A stretch of DNA of 56,773 nucleotides, from assembly GCA_030669595.1 (NCBI GenBank), contig DAOVDG010000002.1, positions 1 through 56,773 of the forward strand. Reading direction: 5' to 3'. The notes beneath the pieces are model-generated. The model did no database searches and was not told where the DNA came from. It saw only the letters and a list, made by a program, of their open reading frames with translations. Shown piece after piece: positions 16,784 through 24,882 of the stretch. The position numbers and the translations under genes were made by a program. Position 1 is the stretch's first letter. Each line of letters starts with the position of its first letter. The DNA is from Candidatus Thorarchaeota archaeon. GTDB taxonomy: Archaea > Asgardarchaeota > Thorarchaeia > Thorarchaeales > Thorarchaeaceae.

Positions 16784-17557
16784 ATGGTCGAGTACAGCAA
16801 TATTGAGTTCTTAGCAGCCTGTGCTTCTAGACATGTTAGAAACGGCGAGAATGTCTTCGGCGGTACTGGTCTGCCTTTATTGGCCGCATTGTTGGCTAAA
16901 GAAACACACGCACGCAACATCAACTTGATTTCCGAGGCAGGGTTCATCGACGCAAGGCCCAGAGAGGTTCCACTGTCAGTAGCGGACTCGAGGTATTACC
17001 TCGGCTGCTCTGCTTCGATCGGCCTTATTGAAACCTTGGGGTTCATCCTTCAAGCCGGTCATATTGATGTTGGTTTTCTAGGCGCCGCTCAGATTGATGA
17101 GTATGGTAACCTAAATACCACATACATAGGGCCTTACGAAGCGCCTAAGGTTAGGCTTCCTGGAAGTGGCGGAGGAAATGACATTGCCTCCTCAGCCAAA
17201 CGCCTGATAATCATAATGACCCACGACAAGCGCAAGTTTGTCAAGCAATTGGACCATTTGACAAGCCCCGGCCATCTTGAAGGCCCAGGGTCTCGTGAGA
17301 AATGGTCGCTGGTGGGAAGGGGCCCTGAGGTGGTTATAACTGACATGTGTCAGATGGACTTCGACCCACGGACTCTGAAAATCAGACTGATGTCGGTGCA
17401 TCCGGGGTACACTGTGCAGGACGTTCTCGATAATGTGATGTTCGACTTGATAATACCTGACGATGTTCCAACGACCGACGAACCCACTCAGGAACAGATT
17501 GACGTTATGCATCGCCTGGACCCACATAGCATATACTTGGGCAAGGGCGGGAGCTAG
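16784..17557 (+). CDS. CoA-transferase subunit B
   Basis: NLISEAGFID (candidate catalytic Glu region), GAAQIDEYGNLNTT, LPGSGGGNDIASSA. Confidence 0.75.
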   Translation: MVEYSNIEFLAACASRHVRNGENVFGGTGLPLLAALLAKETHARNINLISEAGFIDARPREVPLSVADSRYYLGCSASIGLIETLGFILQAGHIDVGFLGAAQIDEYGNLNTTYIGPYEAPKVRLPGSGGGNDIASSAKRLIIIMTHDKRKFVKQLDHLTSPGHLEGPGSREKWSLVGRGPEVVITDMCQMDFDPRTLKIRLMSVHPGYTVQDVLDNVMFDLIIPDDVPTTDEPTQEQIDVMHRLDPHSIYLGKGGS

Positions 17558-17576
17558 TTCGGAGATTGCACCCCTC

Positions 17577-18320
17577 GTGACTTCGCTTGAACTGAGTCAA
17601 TTTGAAGCGATACTCTTCGATTTGGACTCGACACTGATACACACGGGCGAATACGCTTTCAAGGCCTGCGAGTGGTTTTTGTCCAAGATCGTAGAGGACA
17701 CATCAAGTATTCGTGACCCCTACTTCAGATCGCTCTTCTCGAACTACCGGGCTGAGATTGAGCGCATTGTCAACGGAGAACCATATATCACTCCGACGAA
17801 ATGCGTGAGGAATGCTCTGAGGAAAAGCTTGGAAGATGTTGGGCTTGAGGTCGTCAACTCTCTGCTGGACGAAGTCACAGACATGTTCAGGAGGCTTCAT
17901 GTAGAACTCTCGAGGCCCATGCTTGGTACAGAATCTCTGCTCCAACGTCTTTCTGCGAACGGAATCAAGATGGGTGTGATAACCAATAGCTTTGTGGGAG
18001 ATGTCAACACGATTCTGGGGAGTTTCGATTTGACGAAATTCTTCACAGTCATGACTGACTCTGGAGACATGAAGGCCTTCAAGCCAATGCCCGAGATATT
18101 TGAGTATGCCATGAGAGAACTGGGAGTTACTGAGAACGAAGTGCTCTTTGTTGGTGATGAGTACTACGCGGATATAGTCGGTGCCGCGCACGCGGGGATT
18201 CCATCTGTTTGGGTAAATGTCAGAGGGTCCTCATATGAGATGAGCTTGGCCAAGTATGGTGATCATACCGCACCGCTCCTTGTGCTTGATACTCTAGCCG
18301 AGTTCGAGAACTACATTTGA
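17577..18320 (+). CDS. HAD-superfamily hydrolase
   Basis: ORF 17463..18320 overlaps the upstream gene, so the GTG at 17577 is a more likely start. Motif I is ILFDLDSTLIHT (DxDxT). Also GVITNS, K...FVGDEYYADIVGA. Confidence 0.7.
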   Translation: MTSLELSQFEAILFDLDSTLIHTGEYAFKACEWFLSKIVEDTSSIRDPYFRSLFSNYRAEIERIVNGEPYITPTKCVRNALRKSLEDVGLEVVNSLLDEVTDMFRRLHVELSRPMLGTESLLQRLSANGIKMGVITNSFVGDVNTILGSFDLTKFFTVMTDSGDMKAFKPMPEIFEYAMRELGVTENEVLFVGDEYYADIVGAAHAGIPSVWVNVRGSSYEMSLAKYGDHTAPLLVLDTLAEFENYI

Positions 18321-18359
18321 CTCTCCTGTCAAGCGGCAGAGCGCCTTGTTTAGCTCAAT

Positions 18360-18887
18360 TTGAGTGGCGCCAGACGAACAATACATATTAGCAACCCGCG
18401 AGAACGGAGTCCTGAAAGCACGAAAGGAGCTGCATCCAATTTGAGCGGCGAAAATGACGAAAAGGGCCCACTCCAAGCGCGTTCCGACCTCATTGACATA
18501 CTCAGTAGTGATCCTGAGAACACCGACGCCCTAGTCACAATCATTGAAAGCGAGCTGAAGGACATCAAGGAAGGTGATGTTGTTGACAAGATTTCGGCTG
18601 CAATAGCTAGCGCCGCTGACGGGACTGAAATAGGCTCGAAAGCCCGTGACAATCTCCTGTTCTGGTTGACGGAAACAAGCCCAGATGCTAGACAAATGAT
18701 CTTAGTGCAAACGATTGAGCACCTTCTACAAAATCTGGAATGTCGCAAGCCAACTCTTTCTGCCCTTGCTAAGGTATCATCCAAAGGGAATGTCAAACTA
18801 GTGCTTGATTGGCACGAACGTGGAATTCTGACACTCAATCAGGCAGTCTTTGTTCTACTTTATCCCGATTCATCCACGCTGGGTTAG
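18360..18887 (+). CDS. Hypothetical helical protein. Start is uncertain.
   Basis: The 175-aa plus-strand ORF has a normal composition (DALVTIIESELKDIKEGDVVDKISAAIASAADG...QMILVQTIEHLLQNLE). The overlapping minus-strand ORF 18350..18838 is Ser/Leu/Arg-rich and reads like an antisense shadow. Confidence 0.4.
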   Translation: MSGARRTIHISNPRERSPESTKGAASNLSGENDEKGPLQARSDLIDILSSDPENTDALVTIIESELKDIKEGDVVDKISAAIASAADGTEIGSKARDNLLFWLTETSPDARQMILVQTIEHLLQNLECRKPTLSALAKVSSKGNVKLVLDWHERGILTLNQAVFVLLYPDSSTLG

Positions 18888-18908
18888 GTGCATTAGACGG
18901 CCCCACTC

Positions 18909-19193
18909 CTACACCATAATATCGGGTAAGAACTTTCGGACATGCTTCTCCCAGGCCGGCTTCAGTTCGATAGTCTTCTTGGCGCAAGCGATTGCCTCAT
19001 CTTTCTGCCCCAGTCGATGATGTAACTGCGCCTTGTAGAACCATGCTTTCTCGAAGCTTGGATTGAGTTTTATGGCCTCTTCATACGCTTTTAGAGCACC
19101 TTCCGAGTCGCCAGCTTTTTCTCGAATCTTAGCTTCTCCAAACCAATCGTACTCTGTATAATCTTCAGATTCTACGGACATTGCTTGGAACAC
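18909..19193 (-). CDS. Small TPR protein
   Basis: GDSEGALKAYEEAIKLNPSFEKAWFYKAQLHHRLGQKDEAIACAKKTIELKP gives two canonical TPR units. Confidence 0.7.
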   Translation of the reverse strand: MFQAMSVESEDYTEYDWFGEAKIREKAGDSEGALKAYEEAIKLNPSFEKAWFYKAQLHHRLGQKDEAIACAKKTIELKPAWEKHVRKFLPDIMV

Positions 19194-19293
19194 CTGCTTT
19201 GTGTTTCCTATACCACTCAGCCTAATAAATCAAGAGCTAAGCATCGGGAGTTAGGAGAGAAAACCAAATATGGAGTTGACATGCATTTCCTGA

Positions 19294-19830
19294 GTGGTGT
19301 GGATAGTGCGGATGGCGAAGGAGCACTTGGTGTCAGTAATCATAGCATCTGTAACTCTTCTACTGCCAATGGGCTTTGTTGAATGGCATCATCTCTTTAT
19401 TGACACAATCGGCGACACCAGCTGCTACTTCATTTGGGGTGGTTATAGCGTTCGATACAATCGGTTTGGCATCTATGACTCCACTGGTTTCGGTCCAATC
19501 AACTATGAGGCATCGGTTGCCCTTGCCATAATTTGGGTGACCATCGCAGCTGCTCTGATTGCTAGCAATCTTGCTCTCTCCAGACAGATGGTGACCGTTC
19601 GGACGAATTTCATCATTGCTTTCCTATGTTTACTGGCTCAAATCGTCGTCCCGATTGCTGTCTTCACGATGGCTCTCTCCCCGAACTTCGCGATGACCTT
19701 TGCTGCACCCCTACCAGTTCCCAGTTTCCTGCAAATAGTCTGCTACTTGGCTACGCGCTTTTTCTCGAAAGGTCAAAGCCAGATCTCTCGACCAATCTCT
19801 GATGCGGGCCTAACAATCGAAAGGCTTTAA
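19294..19830 (+). CDS. Hypothetical integral membrane protein
   Basis: 178-aa ORF with about 4 hydrophobic segments. GTG start at 19294, with an alternative ATG at 19312. Confidence 0.5.
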   Translation: MVWIVRMAKEHLVSVIIASVTLLLPMGFVEWHHLFIDTIGDTSCYFIWGGYSVRYNRFGIYDSTGFGPINYEASVALAIIWVTIAAALIASNLALSRQMVTVRTNFIIAFLCLLAQIVVPIAVFTMALSPNFAMTFAAPLPVPSFLQIVCYLATRFFSKGQSQISRPISDAGLTIERL

Positions 19831-19879
19831 ATTGTCACTAAGAACACATCGGCATCTGACTACTAGTAGAGGGAGTCCC

Positions 19880-20281
19880 TTGAGTTCATCGAAGAAAATA
19901 CGTGTACTGGTTGCCAAACCCGGTCTTGATGGACATGATCGGGGCGCGAAGATTGTTGCTAGGGCGTTGCGGGACGCCGGGATGGAAGTTATCTATACCG
20001 GCCTTCGACAGACCCCGGAGATGATTGTCGAAGCGGCAATTTCTGAAGATGTCAATGTAATAGGACTAAGCATTCTATCCGGTGCACACAATGCTCTCTT
20101 CCCCAAGATCATGGAGCTTTTGAAGGCTGAAGGGGGGGACAACATCCTTGTAATCGGCGGAGGAATCATACCCCATGACGACGTTCCTGCGCTCAAAGCC
20201 GTAGGCATCGCAGAGGTATTCGGTCCAGGTACTCCTCTGGCAGACATAGTGGGATATATCGAATCCAACGTTAAGTTGTAG
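19880..20281 (+). CDS. Methylmalonyl-CoA mutase small subunit (cobalamin-binding domain)
   Basis: ORF 19832..20281. The TTG at 19880 follows [43 protein letters not shown] carries the DxHxxG B12-binding motif. Also GLSILSGAH and VIGGGIIP. Confidence 0.85.
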   Translation: MSSSKKIRVLVAKPGLDGHDRGAKIVARALRDAGMEVIYTGLRQTPEMIVEAAISEDVNVIGLSILSGAHNALFPKIMELLKAEGGDNILVIGGGIIPHDDVPALKAVGIAEVFGPGTPLADIVGYIESNVKL

Positions 20282-20306
20282 TTGACCTTCCGAGAGGACA
20301 AATGCC

Positions 20307-21266
20307 TTGCCGGCGATAAAACTTGTGAAAGGGGTTCTCAAGGGGAACAGGCGAGACCTGGCTCGACTAATCACACTGATAGAAAATGAGCACTCCTCAG
20401 CGGCAACCGCTCTCAGCATGCTCTACAAGCATACTGGCAATGCTCACATAGTGGGAGTGACAGGGCCTCCAGGCTCAGGCAAGAGCACATTGGTGACCAG
20501 GATTACTGCTGAGTATCGAAAGAGAAGCAAGACTATCGGAATAGTGTGTGTTGACCCGTCGAGTCCATTCACTGGCGGTGCACTGCTCGGCGATAGAATT
20601 CGGATGCAGGAACACAGCCTGGATAAGGACGTCTATGTGCGGAGCATGAGTACTAGAGGTCATCTCGGTGGCCTGGCTAGGGCGACATCAGATGCAGTGC
20701 GTGCCATAGACGCCTCTGGCAAGGATATAGTCATTGTGGAAACAGTGGGCGCCGGTCAGTCTGAGGTCCAAGTTGTGGAGGTTGCACACACAGTCATTGT
20801 GGCAGATGTCCCAGGGGCAGGGGACGACATTCAGGCAATTAAAGCCGGCATAATGGAGATTGCAGATATCTTTGTCGTCAACAAGGCTGACTATCCGGGG
20901 GCTGATAGGAAGGTCATTGAGATCAACGCAATGCTCGATCTCGATTCTCGGGAAAGAAGTTGGCGGCCCCCGGTATTGCTCACCAATGCGCTCACTGGGG
21001 AGGGCATTCCGGAACTTGTAGACACGATAGGCGCACACATGTCCTATCTGCAAGAAACCGGTCTCTTGAAGCAGAAGGGGCTTCAGCGCAGCCGTGATGA
21101 GCTTGAACAGATAATGGAATACAAGCTGACCAACGAGCTCTTCACAAGGCTCCGGGGTACTCCAGAGTACGAACAGGCGATTAAGAAGATAGCTGGACGG
21201 AATGACGATCCGTACTCGGTTGCCGAGCGACTAATTGCTGACTTTTTGATCAGTGTTAGGGAGTAG
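20307..21266 (+). CDS. meaB: Methylmalonyl-CoA mutase-associated G-protein chaperone (MeaB/ArgK)
   Basis: GVTGPPGSGKSTL P-loop, DPSSPFTGGALLGDRIRM, VETVGAGQSE and VVNKADY. Confidence 0.9.
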   Translation: MPAIKLVKGVLKGNRRDLARLITLIENEHSSAATALSMLYKHTGNAHIVGVTGPPGSGKSTLVTRITAEYRKRSKTIGIVCVDPSSPFTGGALLGDRIRMQEHSLDKDVYVRSMSTRGHLGGLARATSDAVRAIDASGKDIVIVETVGAGQSEVQVVEVAHTVIVADVPGAGDDIQAIKAGIMEIADIFVVNKADYPGADRKVIEINAMLDLDSRERSWRPPVLLTNALTGEGIPELVDTIGAHMSYLQETGLLKQKGLQRSRDELEQIMEYKLTNELFTRLRGTPEYEQAIKKIAGRNDDPYSVAERLIADFLISVRE

Positions 21267-21276
21267 GTGAAAAAAA

Positions 21277-22947
21277 TTGGGATCTGAAAAGGGTCTCCGC
21301 AAGACATTCAAGGAATGGGACGAGGGTCCTGTCGCAAAGACACTGGCCAAGTTTCCCGAGAGGAAGGAGCAATTTGAAACTCTCTCAGGAATACCGGTTG
21401 ACCGCCTGTATGGCCCTTCAGAGAAGGCGCTGATGGAGTATGAACAGGAGCTGTGCTTCCCTGGCATGTTTCCTTTTACACGCGGCGTTCAGCCTACGAT
21501 GTATCGTGGACGCTTTTGGACGATGCGTCAATACAGTGGTTTTGCCACCGCGAAGGAAACTAACGAGCGTTTCAAGTTCCTGCTTAATCAGGGGCAAACT
21601 GGTCTCTCTATAGCCTTCGACCTTCCAACTCAGATTGGCTATGACTCTGACAATCCTCTCGCCCAAGGTGAGGTTGGTAAGGTCGGAGTGGCAATCAACT
21701 CCCTAGCCGACATGGAGCTGCTATTCGACGGTATCCCATTGGATAAGGTCAGCACATCCATGACGATCAACGCTCCTGCAGCTATTCTCCTGGCAATGTA
21801 TATCGCCGTAGGTGAGAAGCAGGGCGTGCCCATGAACAAGCTTCGCGGGACAATTCAGAACGATATTCTAAAGGAGTATGTCGCCCGCGGGACTTTTATC
21901 CATGGACCCAAGGAATCCATGCGTCTCATCACTGACACATTCAAGTTCTGTTCGGAGAATATGCCGCTTTGGAACACAATCTCCATATCCGGCTATCATA
22001 TCCGAGAGGCTGGCTCGACGGCCGTGCAGGAGGTTGCCTTCACGCTAGCCAACGGGATTGCTTACGTCGACGCCGCTATCAAGGTCGGTCTCGATGTAGA
22101 TTCATTCGCATCTCGATTGTCTTTCTTCTTTGGTTCGCACAGTGACTTCTTTGAAGAGATTGCAAAGTTTCGGGCAGCTCGAAGGCTTTGGGCGAAGATA
22201 ATGCATGATAGGTTCGGCGCAAAGGATGACAGCTCTTGCAGAATGAGGTTCCATACGCAGACAGCTGGCTGTACGCTGACCGCGCAGCAGCCGGACAACA
22301 ACGTTGTGCGGGTGACTCTTCAAGCACTGCAGGGCGTGTTGGGTGGAACGCAGTCGCTCCACACGAACTCCAGGGATGAAGCACTGTCGCTCCCGACGGA
22401 ACAGTCAGTTCAAATCGCACTTAGGACTCAGCAGATAATCGCTTACGAAACCGGAGTGGGCGACACAATCGACCCGCTAGCAGGTTCCTACTTCATAGAA
22501 CACTTGACTGATGAAGTAGAGAAGAGAGCAATGGAGTACATCATAAAAATCGATGATCTGGGCGGTGCTCCTGCTGCAATCGAGAAGGGATTCATCCAGA
22601 GGGAAATCAACGACAGTGCCTATGAATTCCAGCAGGCCATTGATAATAGCACAAGAGTCGTAGTGGGACTCAACAAGTTCACCGTGGAGGAAGAGCAACA
22701 GTTCGACTATCTGAGAGTGGACCCGGCAGTAGAAGCAGAGCAGATTGGGCGATTGCAGGAGATGCGAGAGGAACGTGACCAAGCGGCTGTCGAAAAGACA
22801 CTCGAAGCGTTGAGGTCTGCTGCAGAAAGTGATAGTAACCTAATGCCCCTGATTCTTGATGCTGTCAAGGCGTACGCGACTCTAGGCGAGATGTGTGGAG
22901 TGTTGCGTGAGGTCTTCGGTGAGTACAGAGCGCCAGACATATTGTAG
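21277..22947 (+). CDS. mcmA: Methylmalonyl-CoA mutase large (catalytic) subunit, paralog 2
   Basis: TTG start. [45 protein letters not shown] (Arg retained), [26 protein letters not shown]. Flanked by the B12-binding subunit, MeaB and the epimerase. Confidence 0.9.
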   Translation: MGSEKGLRKTFKEWDEGPVAKTLAKFPERKEQFETLSGIPVDRLYGPSEKALMEYEQELCFPGMFPFTRGVQPTMYRGRFWTMRQYSGFATAKETNERFKFLLNQGQTGLSIAFDLPTQIGYDSDNPLAQGEVGKVGVAINSLADMELLFDGIPLDKVSTSMTINAPAAILLAMYIAVGEKQGVPMNKLRGTIQNDILKEYVARGTFIHGPKESMRLITDTFKFCSENMPLWNTISISGYHIREAGSTAVQEVAFTLANGIAYVDAAIKVGLDVDSFASRLSFFFGSHSDFFEEIAKFRAARRLWAKIMHDRFGAKDDSSCRMRFHTQTAGCTLTAQQPDNNVVRVTLQALQGVLGGTQSLHTNSRDEALSLPTEQSVQIALRTQQIIAYETGVGDTIDPLAGSYFIEHLTDEVEKRAMEYIIKIDDLGGAPAAIEKGFIQREINDSAYEFQQAIDNSTRVVVGLNKFTVEEEQQFDYLRVDPAVEAEQIGRLQEMREERDQAAVEKTLEALRSAAESDSNLMPLILDAVKAYATLGEMCGVLREVFGEYRAPDIL

Positions 22948-22959
22948 GGAGCGAGAAAC

Positions 22960-23370
22960 GTGCCAATCGACAAGTTGGACCACATCGGAATCGCAGTGAA
23001 GAGCATTGAAGAGGGTCTCAAGTATTATCGAGATGTGCTTGGGATGGAGTATTTGGGCGAGGAAGAAGTGACCGAACAGAAGGTGCGTGTGGCATTCCTT
23101 AAGCTTGGCGAGAGTCGGATGGAGCTTCTTGAACCAACCTCTTCGGACAGTCCGGTAGCGAAGTTCCTTGAAAAGCGAGGCGCGGGTATTCATCACATCG
23201 CAGTTCTAGTTGATGACATCGAAGCCGCTTTGAGTGGCCATCGCAAAGCTGGGACCCGTCTTATTGACGAAACGCCCCGAGTTGGTGCGCATAGTATGCT
23301 AATCGCCTTTGTTCACCCGAAATCCACTGGTGGGGTTCTCCTTGAACTATGCCAACGCCCACCTGAGTAA
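22960..23370 (+). CDS. mce: Methylmalonyl-CoA epimerase (VOC/glyoxalase fold)
   Basis: GTG start. LDHIGIAVKSIEEGLKYY...VAFLKLGESRMELLEP...GAGIHHIAVLVDDIEA...VHPKSTGGVLLEL. Confidence 0.85.
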   Translation: MPIDKLDHIGIAVKSIEEGLKYYRDVLGMEYLGEEEVTEQKVRVAFLKLGESRMELLEPTSSDSPVAKFLEKRGAGIHHIAVLVDDIEAALSGHRKAGTRLIDETPRVGAHSMLIAFVHPKSTGGVLLELCQRPPE

Positions 23371-23396
23371 GCGCGGAGCGCGTACCAGAACAATCT

Positions 23397-24446
23397 TCAG
23401 ATTCTAGCAGAATTAAGGATTTCCTCCGCCGCACTGGCTACCCTCGATAGATTCTCCCGCTCCACCATTCTGTTGAGAACAAATCTAACGCGCTTTCCGT
23501 ACTCTCCATAGACGAGGACCCCTCGTTTCTTCAACTCCATAGAGAATTCTTCAGCGTTGATGCTGAAGTCGCTAAGATGCACGAAAATGATGTTGGTTTC
23601 GGGTTCGTCAACGATGAGACCATCTATCTTCGAAAAAGCCTTGTAGAGAATCTTTGCATTGGCATGGTCGTCTGCCAATCGGTCGACCATCTTCTCAAGA
23701 GCCACAATGCCTGGCGCCGCTATCAAGCCTGCCTGCCTCATTCCACCACCAAGCCGTTTTCTGACTCTTCGGGCAGTGTGGATGAACTCGTCAGAACCCG
23801 CAATCATGGACCCTATCGGCGCAGAGAGACCCTTGCTAAGGCAGATTTGAACGCTCTCGACATTCTCTATCAGCTTCTTCGCCGGAATGCCAAGGGCAAC
23901 TGCGGCGTTAAACAACCTTGCACCGTCACAATGCACAAGGAGGCCGTTCTCATGAGCCACCTCTGCAAGGGCTTTGACCTGTTCTGGTCGCGTGATTGTG
24001 CCTCCTGCGTAATTGTGCGTGTTCTCAATCACGACCATCGATGTTCTTGCGTAATGGGTATCATCAGGGCTTACCACTGATTGTAGGGTTTCGGGCAGAA
24101 TGTAACCGCGAACCCCCTTCACAGGCTTGGGGAATAGACCCCCCAGTGATGCCATCGACCCAGCCTCAAAGAGGTATGTATGCGACTGCTCTTCCACTAC
24201 AATCTCATCCCCTCTTCTTGTCTGAGCTAAGAGAGCGATGACATTGCCCTGTGTTCCTGAAGTGACCAGCAGCGAAGACTCCTTTCCTAGAATCCGCGCA
24301 GCCTTATCTTCGAGCTCGTGGACGACCTCATCCTCGCCGATGACATCATCTCCGAACTTGCCTTCCCTGTGTGCAGACACAATCGCTTCGATCATCTCGT
24401 CCGTTGGAAGAGTCACAGTGTCGCTTCGAAGGTCGATGATCTTCAT
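23397..24446 (-). CDS. ltaE: Low-specificity L-threonine aldolase (PLP, beta-eliminating lyase family)
   Basis: MKIIDLRSDTVTLPTDEMIEAI, VTSGTQGNVIAL, HCDGARLFNA, LSKGLSAPIGS (PLP lysine region). Confidence 0.8.
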   Translation of the reverse strand: MKIIDLRSDTVTLPTDEMIEAIVSAHREGKFGDDVIGEDEVVHELEDKAARILGKESSLLVTSGTQGNVIALLAQTRRGDEIVVEEQSHTYLFEAGSMASLGGLFPKPVKGVRGYILPETLQSVVSPDDTHYARTSMVVIENTHNYAGGTITRPEQVKALAEVAHENGLLVHCDGARLFNAAVALGIPAKKLIENVESVQICLSKGLSAPIGSMIAGSDEFIHTARRVRKRLGGGMRQAGLIAAPGIVALEKMVDRLADDHANAKILYKAFSKIDGLIVDEPETNIIFVHLSDFSINAEEFSMELKKRGVLVYGEYGKRVRFVLNRMVERENLSRVASAAEEILNSARI

Positions 24447-24882
24447 GATTGGCGTTGGAACTGATTTCTCGGTTTAGTCTTTCGGTGTACTAATCTATGA
24501 ATAACAAAAAGACGTGCAAGACCACGCCTTGTAGGTAATTTTCGGTTTGTTATTTCTGATATGCTCACCTCGATTGAGTTTCATATATTCAGAGGTATTT
24601 TTGATGAATCCCTCTCGTAGAACTGAGAAGATACGAGCAACCTAAATATACTTGTCAGGGCTATTGCTGGAGCGCACGGTACTAGGACCATCCTACTGAA
24701 CTGACATGTGCACGGGATAGGACTACTGACGACCCCCAAGTAGCCTGTAGCCCTTCACATAGCAGATCTTGGCACGGCAATCGATAGTCGCGTGGATTCA
24801 GTCCAGTTGTCAAAGTAGCATGCACTAGCGAAGGAGCACCGTAAACTCACTCAGCCAAGGATAGAACAAGGTAGTTTCTTAA

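Noticed and set aside
18350-18838. 162-aa minus-strand ORF overlapping 18360..18887
   Set aside because: Its composition is Ser/Leu/Arg-heavy and it fits no neighbouring transcription unit. The plus-strand frame has a normal helical-protein composition and follows the HAD gene co-directionally. The choice is not certain.
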